Assembly (NCBI GenBank): GCA_963770565.1
Contig: CAVYQE010000001.1
Coordinates: forward strand, 192,001-256,000
Direction: 5' to 3'
Source: an uncultured Actinomycetota bacterium
Lineage (GTDB): Bacteria > Actinomycetota > Actinomycetes > JAFAQI01
DNA: 64,000 nucleotides
Below the pieces are notes generated by a model. That model saw only the letters and a program-made list of their open reading frames with translations. It did no database searches and was not told where the DNA came from. Of this stretch, positions 1 through 11,072 are shown piece after piece (the stretch's first letter is position 1; each line of letters opens with the position of its first letter). Position numbers and translations under genes: made by a program.

Positions 1-29
1 CGGAGGGCAGGGAAGGGGGCATGTTTTCG

Positions 30-190
30 CCGCGGATTACGCGGATGCACGCGGATTCTTGTGGTTTGTTTCGACCGACGTGCCGTACCGCAACTCCGGC
101 CTTCGATGCGTTCGGTTTCCGTAAGGTCATCCTGTTTCCCGCGAGCTTCCCAGCGATCCGCATGCATCCGCGTGCATCGGCGGCAAAAAC
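30..190. repeat. Inverted short-period repeat (CGCGGAT-type units ... ATCCGC-type units), intergenic hairpin
   Basis: cgcggattacgcggatgcacgcggat at ~31-57 is complementary to atccgcatgcatccgcgtgcatc at ~157-178; same style at 10441-10525. Confidence 0.7.
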
Positions 191-286
191 CGCCCGGCAC
201 TCGCCGCGGACGACTTTAGCCGACTCCCAATCGACTTCTTGGCGTCCTCGGCGCCTTGGCGGTCGAACACCTCGCCGCGGCCGACC

Positions 287-514
287 TCAGCCGACCCCCA
301 GCCGCTCGAGATCGGCCGGGCCGACGGTGATCTGGCGGCAAAAGCCCGAGTGTTGGCGAATGTACTCCAATTCGGCGGCTTGCTGCGGGTCGGCGTGCAA
401 CGGCGCCTCGATCCGCTGCCGATCCGCGAGAGACCAGTCGTCGTATTGTTCGGGCCAAACCGTGGTCATCTCGACCACCAGCGCTTCACGATAGGGATCG
501 AACTCGTTTGCCAC
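287..514 (-). CDS. Small hypothetical protein (75 aa)
   Basis: GTG start at 514, (M)[23 protein letters not shown]...[17 protein letters not shown]; globular-looking composition unlike the surrounding shadow ORFs. Confidence 0.65.
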   Translation of the reverse strand: MANEFDPYREALVVEMTTVWPEQYDDWSLADRQRIEAPLHADPQQAAELEYIRQHSGFCRQITVGPADLERLGVG

Positions 515-657
515 GGCACGTCGGGGGCTGGAGAATCGGGACCGAAAATCGAAAGCCATTGGACCCGGCCGGCTTATCCGGCAGGCCCATGCGCAAGTAT
601 ACTGGCGGCATGGGGAATCGGGAAATGGTTCGCCCCCGTGAGAGGAAAGAGGAGTCG

Positions 658-1912
658 ATGGCCGAGCCGGCAAAACCGATGAGCGGCGTGCGGGTGCTCG
701 ATCTGGCGCGGATCCTGGCCGGACCGTTTTGCACGCAATTGCTCGCCGATCTGGGGGCCGACGTGGTGAAGGTCGAGCGCCCGCCGCGGGGAGACGACAC
801 GCGGCAATGGGGCCCCCCGTTCTTGCCCGACGGCGGCCCAAGCGCGTATTACGTCTCGTGCAATCGGGGCAAACGCTCGCTGGCCTTGGATTTGGCGTCG
901 CCCGCGGGGCGCGCGAGGTGCTCGACGATTTGATCCGCCGGGCCGACGCGCTGATCGAAAACTTTCTCCCCCAATCGCTCGCCGGCTTGGGCCTCGCGCC
1001 CGAGCGGTTGGAGAGCTTGAATCCGCGGTTGGTGCGGGCGTCGATCTCGGGCTATGGCCGGACCGGCCCCGAGGCCGAAACGCCGGGCTACGATCTGGTC
1101 GTCCAGGCGACGGCCGGGATCATGTCGATCACCGGCGACCGCGGACGGATTGCCCATGAAGATCGGCGTGGCGATCACCGACGTATTGACCGGGCTCTAT
1201 GCGGCCGTGAGCATCTTGGCCGGGCTTTACCAGCGCGACGCGACAGGGCCATCGAGCCGGGGCACGCACGCCGCAGCTCCCCGGCAGAACGCGGCGCCGC
1301 CGGCCTTCGATCTGGCGTTGGCGGATTGCACGCTTGCCGCGATGGTCAATATCGTCGAAGGGGTGCTGGTCACGGGCGAGCGACCGCAGCGGCTTGGCAA
1401 CGCCCATCCGCAGATCGTTCCCTACGAGGCCTTCGCCACGGCGGATGGATATTTGGTGCTGGCCGTCGGCAACGATCGGCAGTGGGAGCGGTTTTGCGAG
1501 GTGGCAAAGCATCCCGAGTGGGCCGCCGACCCGCGGTTTGCCACGAATCCCGCTCGTGTCGAGCATCGGGCGGTCTTGATTCCGCTGCTCGAGGAGTTAT
1601 TGGCCGCGCACCGACAGACGCCTGGCGGGCGTTGCTTTCCTCGGCCGACATCCCGCATGCGCCGGTGCTGGCGCTCGATGAAATCCTGGCCACGCCGCAA
1701 GTCGCCGCCCGGCGGATGGTGCAGGCGATCACGGCCGCCGACGGCCGCGCGTACCGCGTCGTGGCCAGCCCGATCCATAGCGATGGAGAACCGTTGTGCG
1801 CTGCGCCGCACCGCCGGGGCTGGGCGAGCAATCCGACGAGGTGCTCCGCGAATGGCTCGGCTATGACGATGGAAAAATCACCGCCCTGCGCGCCGCCGGA
1901 GTCGTGGTATAA
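658..1912 (+). CDS. Family III CoA-transferase (CaiB/BaiF), frameshifted in the assembly
   Basis: [74 protein letters not shown] across frames; GAGGAG RBS before ATG 658. Confidence 0.9.
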
Positions 1913-1948
1913 TCAAGCGCCGGCCTTGGCGCACGCCGCGGTGAACGA

Positions 1949-2594
1949 ATGGCCGAAAACCGGCGACTCATCCTGCGAGACTCTTTCATGCATCGCGGTA
2001 AATCCGTCATCTTGCTGATGGCCTTGGTCGGCTGCCTGCTGGGTTGGGTGAGCGTTTCGTTCAGCCCCTGGCTCTCGCGGCATGCGATTCCGCTGTGGGG
2101 AAGCGCGGGGGTCGCATCGATCCGCACCGCGCCGCACGTCGCCGCCTTGGAGCTGCGCCGGAGGGACCGGCCGGAGCTGGGATCATTGTGGCTGGGCCGA
2201 CCGGCGCTGGGCCGACCGGCGCTGGGCCGGTGGAGATTCTCGACATCGCCGGCGACCGCTATCTGGTGAGCCGGCGGCAGGATGTCACCGACGCAGCGGG
2301 GCTCGACCACATCCGCCACGAGCTGTTGGTCGATGGCAATTTCGTCCTCGATCGGCGGCCGGCGACAAACCGGTCTGGCAAAGCGGACTCGAATTCACCG
2401 GCGGCGGCCACAAGTTTATCGTGATCTTCGATTGGAAAGCGGGAGAGATCGGCCGCGCGGATGGAGGCGAGACCGCGGGGATCGATCGGGCCGCGACCGG
2501 CTGGCAAGAATTCTTCGCCGACCATCTCCCGGCGGCCGCAACCAAGCGATCACCGGCCCCTCGGCCACCGCAGCCCGGCAAACCTCCGCGCTAG
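1949..2594 (+). CDS. Hypothetical membrane/exported protein, frameshifted
   Basis: N-terminal hydrophobic stretch (ILLMALVGCLLGW); plausible coding continues across frames (LDHIRHELLVDGNF; WQSGLEFTGGGHKFIVIFDW; WQEFFADHL). Confidence 0.5.
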
Positions 2595-2624
2595 CCAATT
2601 CCGTCCCCGTCTGCTACCTTAACC

Positions 2625-2740
2625 TCTCCCCGCTCCCTGCCCTCTTCCCTCTGCCCTCTGCCCTCTGCTCCCTGCTCCCTGCTCCCTGCTCCCTGCTCCC
2701 TGCTCCCCGACCCCCGACCCCCGACCCCCGACCCCTGCCC
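2625..2740. repeat. Heptamer tandem repeats (TGCTCCC)n then (CGACCCC)n
   Basis: Directly visible; same or related motifs at 7660-7725, 32375-32575 and 43265-43520. Confidence 0.9.
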
Positions 2741-2741
2741 C

Positions 2742-3179
2742 ATGTCCACAGCTTTACGCACCAAGCCGCGTCGCGAAGAGTTGCAGCCCGAGGAAGTGCT
2801 CTGCGCACATTGCACGGCGAAGTGCTGCCGCTATTTCGCATTGCCGTTGGACGAGCCGACCGAGCTGGAGGATTTCGAGTTCATTCGCTGGTTTCTGTTG
2901 CACGATCAGGCGACGGTCTTTACGGAAGAGGGAACCTGGTATCTGCTGGTTCACACGACCTGCAAGCATTTGCAGAGCGACAATCGCTGCGGGATTTACC
3001 ATACCCGGCCGCAGGTTTGCCGGGAATACTCGACCGACACCTGCGAATACGAGGACAACTGGGTCTACGACCACTATTTCGAGACCTCCGAGCAAGTCGA
3101 GGACTACATGGAGGCGGTGCTGGGGCCGACCGATGGCGATATTCGCAGCCCCAAGCCGCCGCTGTTGCCGATTCTGTGA
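2742..3179 (+). CDS. YkgJ-family CxxCxxCC cysteine-cluster protein
   Basis: CAHCTAKCC ... CKHL ... CGIYHTRPQVCREY motifs. Confidence 0.85.
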   Translation: MSTALRTKPRREELQPEEVLCAHCTAKCCRYFALPLDEPTELEDFEFIRWFLLHDQATVFTEEGTWYLLVHTTCKHLQSDNRCGIYHTRPQVCREYSTDTCEYEDNWVYDHYFETSEQVEDYMEAVLGPTDGDIRSPKPPLLPIL

Positions 3180-3219
3180 GCATATCCAACGCCGCCTAAC
3201 TCCGACCACCGGCCCCATC

Positions 3220-4548
3220 GTGATCGAGCCGCGCACACTCAAGGGCTTTCGCGACTATCTTCCCGCGGCGATGATTCCCCGCGAGCGGCTGATCGCCACG
3301 GCGCGGCGCGTCTATCGGTCGTATGGGTTCAGTCCGATCGACACGCCCGCGCTGGAGTACGAAGAAATCCTCATTGGCAAGGGCGGGGGCGAGACCGACA
3401 AGCAGATGTACCGCTTCGAGCATGGGCGGCACCGGCTGGCGATGCGGTTCGATCTGACCGTGCCGCTGGCCCGATTCGCGGCCCAACATATCGGCGAACT
3501 CGGCACGCCGTTCAAGCGCTATCACATCGCGACGGTCTGGCGCGGGGAAAACACGCAGCGCGGCCGCTATCGCGAGTTCATGCAGTGCGATTTCGACACG
3601 ATCGGCACGCTCTCGCCCGTGGCCGATATCGAAACGGCGCTGGTGATCCACGATCTGTTTTGCGCGATCGGCTTTGCCGACGCTTTCACGATCCACGTCA
3701 ACAACCGGCTGGTCTTGACCGGGCTGCTCGAGCGGCTGGGGCTGGTCGAGCACTCGGCCGAAGTGCTGCGAGCGCTCGACAAACTGCCCAAGATCGGCCC
3801 GGCGGCCGTGGCCGAGGAGATGGGCGCGACCGCCGGCACGACCGGCGAGCAGGCCGCCGCGGTGCTCAAGTTGGCCGAAATCACCGGCGACAACGATGCC
3901 ATTCTGCGGCAGATCGAGCCGCTGGTGGCCGGCAACGAAACCGGGCAAACGGGCATCGGTCGGCTTGCCGAATTGCTCGCCGCGGCGCGGGCCGCCGGAG
4001 TGCCCGACGCGCGGCTGCATCTCGACGTGGCGATCGCCCGCGGCCTGGATTACTACACGGGGACGGTGTTCGAGACGTTTCTCGACGCCCGGCCGTCGCT
4101 GGGGAGCGTCTGCTCCGGCGGGCGGTACGACAATCTGGCCGAGTTGTATACACATCAAAAACTGCCCGGCGTGGGGGCCAGTCTGGGGCTCGATCGGCTG
4201 TTGGCGGGAATGGAGGAACTCGGCATGTTGCCGCAGGTCGCCACGCCCGCCGAGATTTTCATTCCGTTGTTCGAGGCGGCCCGATTGGCCGACTATCTGA
4301 AATTGGCCGCCCGCTTGCGGGGGGCCGGCTTCGGCGTCGAGTTGTTTCCCGAGCCCAAAAAGCTCGGCCAGCAGCTCAAGTATGCCGATCGCCGCGGCTT
4401 CCGCGTGGCGCTGGTGGCGGGAGAAAACGAATTCGCCGCCGGGACGATCCAAGTCAAGAATCTCGCGACGGCCCAGAGCCAAACGGCGCCGTGGACTTCG
4501 GATGCGGCGGAGTTGATCGCGCTGTTGAAATCGCTGTTGGGAGGCTGA
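3220..4548 (+). CDS. hisS: Histidine--tRNA ligase
   Basis: PRTLKGFRDYLP, RFDLTVPLARF, RGRYREFMQCDFD, ARGLDYYTG, GGRYDNL, anticodon-binding KKLGQQLKYAD. Confidence 0.97.
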   Translation: MIEPRTLKGFRDYLPAAMIPRERLIATARRVYRSYGFSPIDTPALEYEEILIGKGGGETDKQMYRFEHGRHRLAMRFDLTVPLARFAAQHIGELGTPFKRYHIATVWRGENTQRGRYREFMQCDFDTIGTLSPVADIETALVIHDLFCAIGFADAFTIHVNNRLVLTGLLERLGLVEHSAEVLRALDKLPKIGPAAVAEEMGATAGTTGEQAAAVLKLAEITGDNDAILRQIEPLVAGNETGQTGIGRLAELLAAARAAGVPDARLHLDVAIARGLDYYTGTVFETFLDARPSLGSVCSGGRYDNLAELYTHQKLPGVGASLGLDRLLAGMEELGMLPQVATPAEIFIPLFEAARLADYLKLAARLRGAGFGVELFPEPKKLGQQLKYADRRGFRVALVAGENEFAAGTIQVKNLATAQSQTAPWTSDAAELIALLKSLLGG

Positions 4549-4789
4549 GGCGGAGCGGCGACCGCCAAGACGCCAAGGACGCCCAAGAGGAAATACAGCC
4601 GGCTGTACTGGCTTTTGAGTGGGTGAGGCGAAAATCATCGGGATTTGCGCATCGCCCCTTGTGGTAAGTGTAGCGGCGTTTCGGAGGCGAGAAGGGTGCC
4701 CAGCAGGCCGGGTTGCCGGTCTGGAGTGGTGGAGGTCTACGATCTGTCGCGCTGCCCGCCCCCAATGAACGCCTGAGCTATGCCTTGAA

Positions 4790-6855
4790 AATCCGGGGGA
4801 ACCCACTCAAGATCCGGAATACCCAGAAATGTTTTCATCTACAGATTGCATAGCGCAGCCGTCGGGCCGCAACCAAGTTTTTACACGAGGTCATGGAAAA
4901 ACCGAGACCGAGAAAGCACGGCGGCATGACAGATCAGGGACACTAATCAGCGCTAATCAGCGCTGATTAGCGCCGATTAGTGTTCCTAAAAAATGAAGCC
5001 TTTCCAGACAGCCACATTCCCAAACTTGCGGGAAAGTCGCCATGGCACGGCCTGCTTCCCCGCGGCCATCGCCTCACCCTTTGCAATTCGGACCATTCGG
5101 TGACTGTGTGGAGCGTGTCCCTGTTCATTTTCGTTCCGTTGGTTTCAAGCCGACTGACAATGAAGGATCGGCATCGACACCATCCCGGCAGGGATCAAAG
5201 ACATTAGCCGGCGGTTTCAGCCAGCGGCTGACACCGCCGGTCAGCAGGGGGACAACACCCGATTCGACCCCGCTAGGGGTCGCAGCGCACTGTCACCCCT
5301 GCGGGTGAAAAAATCGTATTTGACGATTGGCGACCGGTGGTATCGGCCTGGCGGCCTCAACCACCGGCTAATGTCTGGGAAACCCTATCGGGTTCCATGC
5401 AGCTCGACGCATCCGCTACGAGATTCCCGGACCGATAGCGGGCTGAATCCCGGGGATAAAACCCAAAAATGTTTTTCGTCCACAGATTGCGATCGCGCAG
5501 CCGCCAGGCCGCAATCAAGTTTTTACACGAGGGTCACGGAAAAACCGAGAGCGAGAAAGCACGGCGGCATGACAGATCGGGAACACTAATCCTCGCTAAT
5601 CATCGCTAATCATCGCTAATTAGAGCCGATTAGTGCCGATTAGTGCCGATTAGTGTTCCTAAAACCACGGCGTCCTTCCCCGCGGCCATCGCCTCACCCT
5701 CTGCAATTCGGACCATTCGGTGATCTGTCTGGAGCGTGTCCCTGTCCATTTTCGTTCCTTTGGTTTCAAGCCGACTGACAATGAAGGATCGGCGTCAACA
5801 CCATCCCGGCAGGGATGAAAGACATTAGCCGGCGGTTTCAGCCAACGGCTGACACCGCCGGTCAGCAGGGGACAGCCCCCGATTCGACCCGCTAGGGGTC
5901 GCAGCGCAGTGTCACCCTGCGGGTGAAAAAGTCGTATTTGATGATTGGCGACCGGTGGTATCGGCCTGGCGGCCTCAACCACCGGCTAATGTCTGGGAAA
6001 CCCTATCGGGTTCCATGCAGCTCGACGCATCCGCTACGAGATTCCCGAACAGATAGCGGGCTGAATCCCGGGGATAAAGCTCAAAAATGTTTTCATCCAC
6101 AGATTGCGTAGCGCAGCCGTCAGGCCGCAACCAAGTTTTTACACGAGGTCATGGAAAAACCGAGAGCGAGAAAACGCGGCGGCATGACAGATCAGGAACA
6201 CTAATCCTCGCTAATCATCGCTAATAGATATTAGTGCCGATTAGTGTTCCTAAAACCACGGCGTCCTTCCCCGCGGCCATCGCCTCACCCTTTGCAATTC
6301 GGACCATTCGGTGACTGTCTGGAGCGTGTCCCTGTCCGATTTTCGTTCCGTTGGTTTCAAGCCGACTGACAATGAAGGATCGGCATCGACACCATCCCGG
6401 CAGGGATGAAAGACATTAGCCGGCGGTTTCAGCCAACGGCTGACACCGCCGGTCAGCAGGGGGACAAGACCCGATCCGACCCCGGTAGGGGTCGCAGCGC
6501 ACTGTCACCCCTGCGGGGTGAAAAAATCGTATTTGATGATTGGCGACCGGTGGTATCGGCCTGGCGGCCTCAACCACCGGCTCATGTCTGGGAAACCCTA
6601 TCGGGTTGCATGCAGCTCGATGCGTCCGCTACGAGATTCCCGGACCGATAGTGGGGTGAATCCCGGGGATAAAGCCCAAAAATGTTTTTCATCCACAGAT
6701 TGCATAGCGCAGCCGTCAGGCCGCAACCAAGTTTTTACACGAGGTCATGGAAAAACCGAGAGCGAGAAAGCACGGCGGCATGACAGATCGGGAACACTAA
6801 TCATCGCTAATCGGCGCTAATCAGCGCGAATCAGCGCCGATTAGTGTTCCTAAAA
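4790..6855. repeat. ~600-bp tandem repeat (3 full copies + 1 partial) containing REP-like inverted repeats and a variable 10-mer hairpin
   Basis: Landmark gattagtgttcctaaaa at ~4976, 5649, 6240, 6839; cccgcggccatcgcctcaccct at ~5059, 5679, 6269. Confidence 0.95.
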
Positions 6856-7071
6856 CCGACTGTAACTGGGTTTTGAGTGGGTGACACGAAAATCCTCGTG
6901 ATTCGCGCATCCCCTCTTGTGGTAAGCATTGCGGTGTTTCGGAGGCGAGGGTTGTTTGTCCACGATTGTCGGCGATTGCGGTCATTGCGCCATCCCCGCC
7001 CAAAACTCCGGGCAGAGAAGAGGAACCCGTGTCCGTGTGGTATGATACGGACCGGAGATCGAGTGATTCTC

Positions 7072-7632
7072 ATGGCCAATCGCGAAAATCCCTACGAAGC
7101 GGCGTTCGAGGAGTATCTCCGCGCGCGGAGGATTCCCTATGTCGCCGTCAACGAATCGAAGCGGAGCCTGTGGGGGGACGGGTCGCTCAAGAGCTTGGAT
7201 TTCATCGTCTCGGTAGCGGAGGGCACCTCCTGGCTGATCGACATCAAAGGGCGGCGATTCCCAACCGCCTCCGGCGAGGGAAAGCAATACTGGAAGAATT
7301 GGTCAACGCGCGACGATCTGCGGAGCCTGGCAGCCTGGCAGCGGCTGTTCGGCGGCGGATTTCACAGCCTGCTGGTCTTCGCCTACGACGTGCTCGGGGA
7401 TCGCGCCCCGCTGCCGGCCGAGCAATTGTTCGAGCATCGCGGGGCGCTGTATGGCTTCGTCGCGCTGCGGCTCGAGGATTATGCGTTCCATGCCCGGCCG
7501 ATCTCGCTGGCCTGGGACACGGTGGCCATGCCGACCGCCATTTTTCGGCAGTCGGCCATTCCGATCGATGCGCTCTTCGGCGGGCCATCGCCGGCCACGC
7601 CCGTGGAATCGCCCCGCAAGCTGCCAGCCTAA
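7072..7632 (+). CDS. HYExAFE-family protein (PD-(D/E)xK-like putative nuclease)
   Basis: NPYEAAFEEYLR...YVAVNE, KSLDFIV, LIDIKGRRFP, WKNWSTRDDL. Confidence 0.85.
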   Translation: MANRENPYEAAFEEYLRARRIPYVAVNESKRSLWGDGSLKSLDFIVSVAEGTSWLIDIKGRRFPTASGEGKQYWKNWSTRDDLRSLAAWQRLFGGGFHSLLVFAYDVLGDRAPLPAEQLFEHRGALYGFVALRLEDYAFHARPISLAWDTVAMPTAIFRQSAIPIDALFGGPSPATPVESPRKLPA

Positions 7633-7891
7633 GCGCCGCCTGACGAACGCCGCCCGCCCTCCACCCTCGGCTCCCTGCTCCCCGCTCCCTGCTCTCTGCT
7701 CCCTGCTCTCTGCTCCCTGCTCCCCGTTATTTCTCCGATTGGTCTTCTCTCGGGCACACGTTTTTGGTATCTACGCGGCACCGAAGGCCGGTTTGCCCTG
7801 TGACGGGCGGAACCGGCGCATTTCCCTCGCCCGCAATATCGGTCGGGCAATCCAATTCTGGCTTGATTCCTTTTCCGTGGGGACTCTCCCG

Positions 7892-10123
7892 ATGAAACGG
7901 TGGTTGCTGCGCCTCTCCGCGCTTTCCGGGGTCGTTGTTTTGGGTCTGTTCGCTATCGCTCAAGCGCAACGGAGCACGGCGGCGACCGACAATCTGGCGG
8001 TCGATCCTCCGGCCACCGCTCCCCTGACGTTGCCGGCCGAGGGAGCGAGCCCGCGCGCAGCTCGAGACATCGATCCGCCCAACCGCTTCAGCGCGGATTC
8101 GACGGCCCGGATCATCTCGATCGAGGATCAACCCGCGCGGCGGCTCCGCCCGGACGCTCCGGCGCCCCGCGGCGCCGATGGGGTCGCCGACGGCGCCCTC
8201 GCTCCGGGCGATCCCTTCAATTTGCATGATCGGGCGGCGCCGGCCGCCGCCCCGGATCGCTTTCCCGCCGCACAGGTTACCGCCGCCTATCCGGCCGACC
8301 CTGCGCCGGCCGCCGACGGCTCGCGCGGGGCAGCGCCTGAAGGACGCGGCGACGGAAGTTCGATCTATGGCAATGGGGGTCGAGCCCCTCGTTCCGATCG
8401 CAGCGAGGTCCGCCCGGTCGCCGCCACGGCGCCGGCGGCGACCTTCGACGATCGCGACGCGCGGCCGCTCGCCGGCCATCCCGATTTCGAGCCGGCTCGA
8501 ATCCCGCCGGCCGACGGCGCGGCGCCGAGGGCGTTGCCAGCGGCCGAAGGCCGCGACATCGGCGCCGATGAGCGCAGTCCCGCGGCTGGCGGCGGCAGGG
8601 GAAGCCCTTTTGGGTCCGACCGGTCAGCCACCAGTTCGGTCATGAAGGGCGACAGCGACTCGAACCATGCATTGCATTCGACGGCGGACGATTCCGCTTC
8701 GGCGACGCCCGCCGCGGTGGAAGGGACGGGGCGTCCCGGCGTCAAGCAGCTCGAAGGCCCGCAATCGCCCCATCTGACGATCGAAAAAACCGCGCCCGCC
8801 GAGGTGCAAATCGGCAAGCCGGCCAAATTCGAAATCAAAATCCGCAACGACGGCAACGTGGCCGCCGAGGGGATCGAGATTCGCGACGAGGTGCCCAAGG
8901 GAACGCGATTGATCGCGACGACGCCCGCCGCGTCGGTCGGCCCGCGCGGGCAATTGAGTTGGTCGTTCAATACGCTCAACCCCGGCGAGCAGTTGGTCGC
9001 GCAGCTCGAACTCATGCCGATCGCCGAAGGGGAGATCGGCAGCGTGGCCAGCGTCACGTTTCGGGCGGAAGCCTCGGCCCGCGCCCTCGCCACGCGGCCG
9101 CAGCTTGCCCTGCAGGTCACTGCGCCCAAACAAGTGATGATCGGCAGCGATGCCCGGCTCGTGATTCGGCTGAGCAATCCGGGCACCGGCGCCGCCAGCG
9201 GCGTCGTGCTCTCCGAGCGCGTGCCGGCCGGATTGAAACATCCCGCCGGCAGCGAACTCGAATTCGACGTCGGCACGCTCAAGCCGGGCGAATCGCGGCA
9301 AATCGAACTTGCGCTCAATGCCGTTCAAGCCGGCCATGCGACGAACGTGCTCACGGCCCACGGCGATGGAAATCTCAAGGCCCAAGAGCGGGCCGACATC
9401 CAAGTGATTGCTCCGGCCCTGGCCGTGGCGATGACCGGCCCGTCGCGGCGCTATTTGGAGCGGCAAGCGACCTACACCGTGTCGGTCTCGAATCCCGGCA
9501 CGGCCCCGGCCAAAGACGTGCAGCTCGTCACGCAACTGCCCAAGGGGATGAAATTCGTCAAGGCCAACAACTCCGGCCAATTCGATCCCAATACGAACAC
9601 GGTGACCTGGAGCCTCGAGGAACTGCCGGCCACCGAAACGGGGAGCGTCAGCCTGGTGGCCGTTCCCGTCGAGATCGGCGAGCAGCGGTTGACGGTTCAG
9701 GGGAAGGCGCGGCAGGGATTGAGCGCCGAAAAGGAGCAAACCGTGGTCGTCGAAGGGTTGGCGTCGTTGGCGTTCGAGGTGCAGGGCGCCGATGAAGCGA
9801 TCGAAATCGGCGGCGAAACGACCTATCAGATTCACGTCGTCAATCAGGGGTCGAAGGGGGCCAGCAACGTCCGGATCACCGCCATCTTCCCCCCCGAACT
9901 CAAGGCGCTGCGGGCCGAAGGGCCCACCCGCGAGTCGGTCGAGGACCATCGCGTCGGCTTCGAGCCGATCGCCCGGCTGGCGCCCAAGGCGGAAGCCACG
10001 TTCCGGATTCGGGCTCAAGCCTTGAAGGCCGGCGATCTGCGCGTCAAGGTGCAGATCACCAGCGATGACGCCCGGCAGCCGATTCTCAAGGAAGAGAGCA
10101 CGCGGGTCTATACGGACCATTAG
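7892..10123 (+). CDS. Exported DUF11-repeat (OmcB-like) protein
   Basis: Signal-like N-terminus, Pro/Ala linker, repeated Ig-like modules (IRNDGNVAAEGIEIRDEVPKG; SNPGTGAASGVVLSERVPAG; SNPGTAPAKDVQLVTQLPKG). Confidence 0.85.
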   Translation: MKRWLLRLSALSGVVVLGLFAIAQAQRSTAATDNLAVDPPATAPLTLPAEGASPRAARDIDPPNRFSADSTARIISIEDQPARRLRPDAPAPRGADGVADGALAPGDPFNLHDRAAPAAAPDRFPAAQVTAAYPADPAPAADGSRGAAPEGRGDGSSIYGNGGRAPRSDRSEVRPVAATAPAATFDDRDARPLAGHPDFEPARIPPADGAAPRALPAAEGRDIGADERSPAAGGGRGSPFGSDRSATSSVMKGDSDSNHALHSTADDSASATPAAVEGTGRPGVKQLEGPQSPHLTIEKTAPAEVQIGKPAKFEIKIRNDGNVAAEGIEIRDEVPKGTRLIATTPAASVGPRGQLSWSFNTLNPGEQLVAQLELMPIAEGEIGSVASVTFRAEASARALATRPQLALQVTAPKQVMIGSDARLVIRLSNPGTGAASGVVLSERVPAGLKHPAGSELEFDVGTLKPGESRQIELALNAVQAGHATNVLTAHGDGNLKAQERADIQVIAPALAVAMTGPSRRYLERQATYTVSVSNPGTAPAKDVQLVTQLPKGMKFVKANNSGQFDPNTNTVTWSLEELPATETGSVSLVAVPVEIGEQRLTVQGKARQGLSAEKEQTVVVEGLASLAFEVQGADEAIEIGGETTYQIHVVNQGSKGASNVRITAIFPPELKALRAEGPTRESVEDHRVGFEPIARLAPKAEATFRIRAQALKAGDLRVKVQITSDDARQPILKEESTRVYTDH

Positions 10124-10440
10124 TCGCGTCTCTGCGGACCGATGCGGTCCGGCGAACCGTAGCGGCTGGGGCGGACCGTGCGGCTGGAGCGAACCTTGCG
10201 GCTGGGGTCGGCCGTGAAAAATCAGCCGGGCGAGAGTTCGAAAGTTTATCCTCTATTTGTTCCGCTCACACGCGCGGCGTGGTCGAGCGATGCTGTTTCG
10301 ATAGACCGAAAGTTGCCGCCGGCTTTTTCAAGTAGCCGCGGCATTTGCGCCCGCGGACTCGGCAGGGAAAGAACGTCGGCAGCCCGCTCGGGAGCCGGAA
10401 AAGTCGTCGAGTTGGCGGCGTTCGGCTTTTCGATTTGCTT

Positions 10441-10525
10441 ATGCGAAAATCCGCGAAAATCCGCGCAATCCGCGGCAAGAAACAAGCATCTTTTTGCCGC
10501 GGATTTCGCGGATTTTCGCGGATCG
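10441..10525. repeat. Inverted short-period repeat hairpin
   Basis: aatccgcgaaaatccgcgcaatccgcggca ... tgccgcggatttcgcggattttcgcggat. Confidence 0.75.
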
Positions 10526-10575
10526 AGGAAAGCGCGGCAGTCGTCAGCGGGTTTCGCTTCGGCGCTTCAACCCTG

Positions 10576-10855
10576 AGGCCGTTTTGTCGATGGTGGCCGC
10601 GCACCTCTGGTTCGCAAGTGGCTAAAGCCGGCACGAGACGGGTAAGTCCCCTGAAGGGGACTGCAATCGCCGGAGGGAGGACGCAGTCCCAGGCATAAAT
10701 GCCGGGGCTACATATAGGGCGGGGGCCGAGGCGACGCGAGACCGACGGGTCGGCCACGACTCGGGTTGATTCCGAAGCGCACGGCGCGCGGAACAAAAAC
10801 CAACCAAACCACCCCACCCCGGCGCCGCAACAAATCGAGCATTTTTCACAGACTA
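10576..10855. mobile_element. Degenerate copy of the TAGGCTGTG-ended MITE family
   Basis: Ends aatcgagcatttttcacagacta (near reverse complement of the 39966 end); shares cggaacaaaaaccaacc with ~63879; left boundary approximate. Confidence 0.55.
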
Positions 10856-11072
10856 CGGCTGGCGCGAACCGGCGTTGCCCCTGGCAAGGCTGCCCGAACT
10901 CGCTACAATACCAACGGGCGGGGCGGATCCTTGGCATCTTGATTGGCGCGGCAAGCTCGGCGGCGCTGCGCGACCGGCTGGGCCTCGCCAAGCGCGACCG
11001 CCTGCCCGATCGGACCTGCCATTCCCGCTCCGAAATTCCGCTCGGCAATCCTCCGACCCTCGACTTTCCGTC

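Noticed and set aside
5305-6820. Repeated small ORFs (KKSYL.IGDRWYRPGG...)
   Set aside because: Lengths differ between copies (94, 62, 100 aa) and they overlap palindromic arms; no convincing coding signal.
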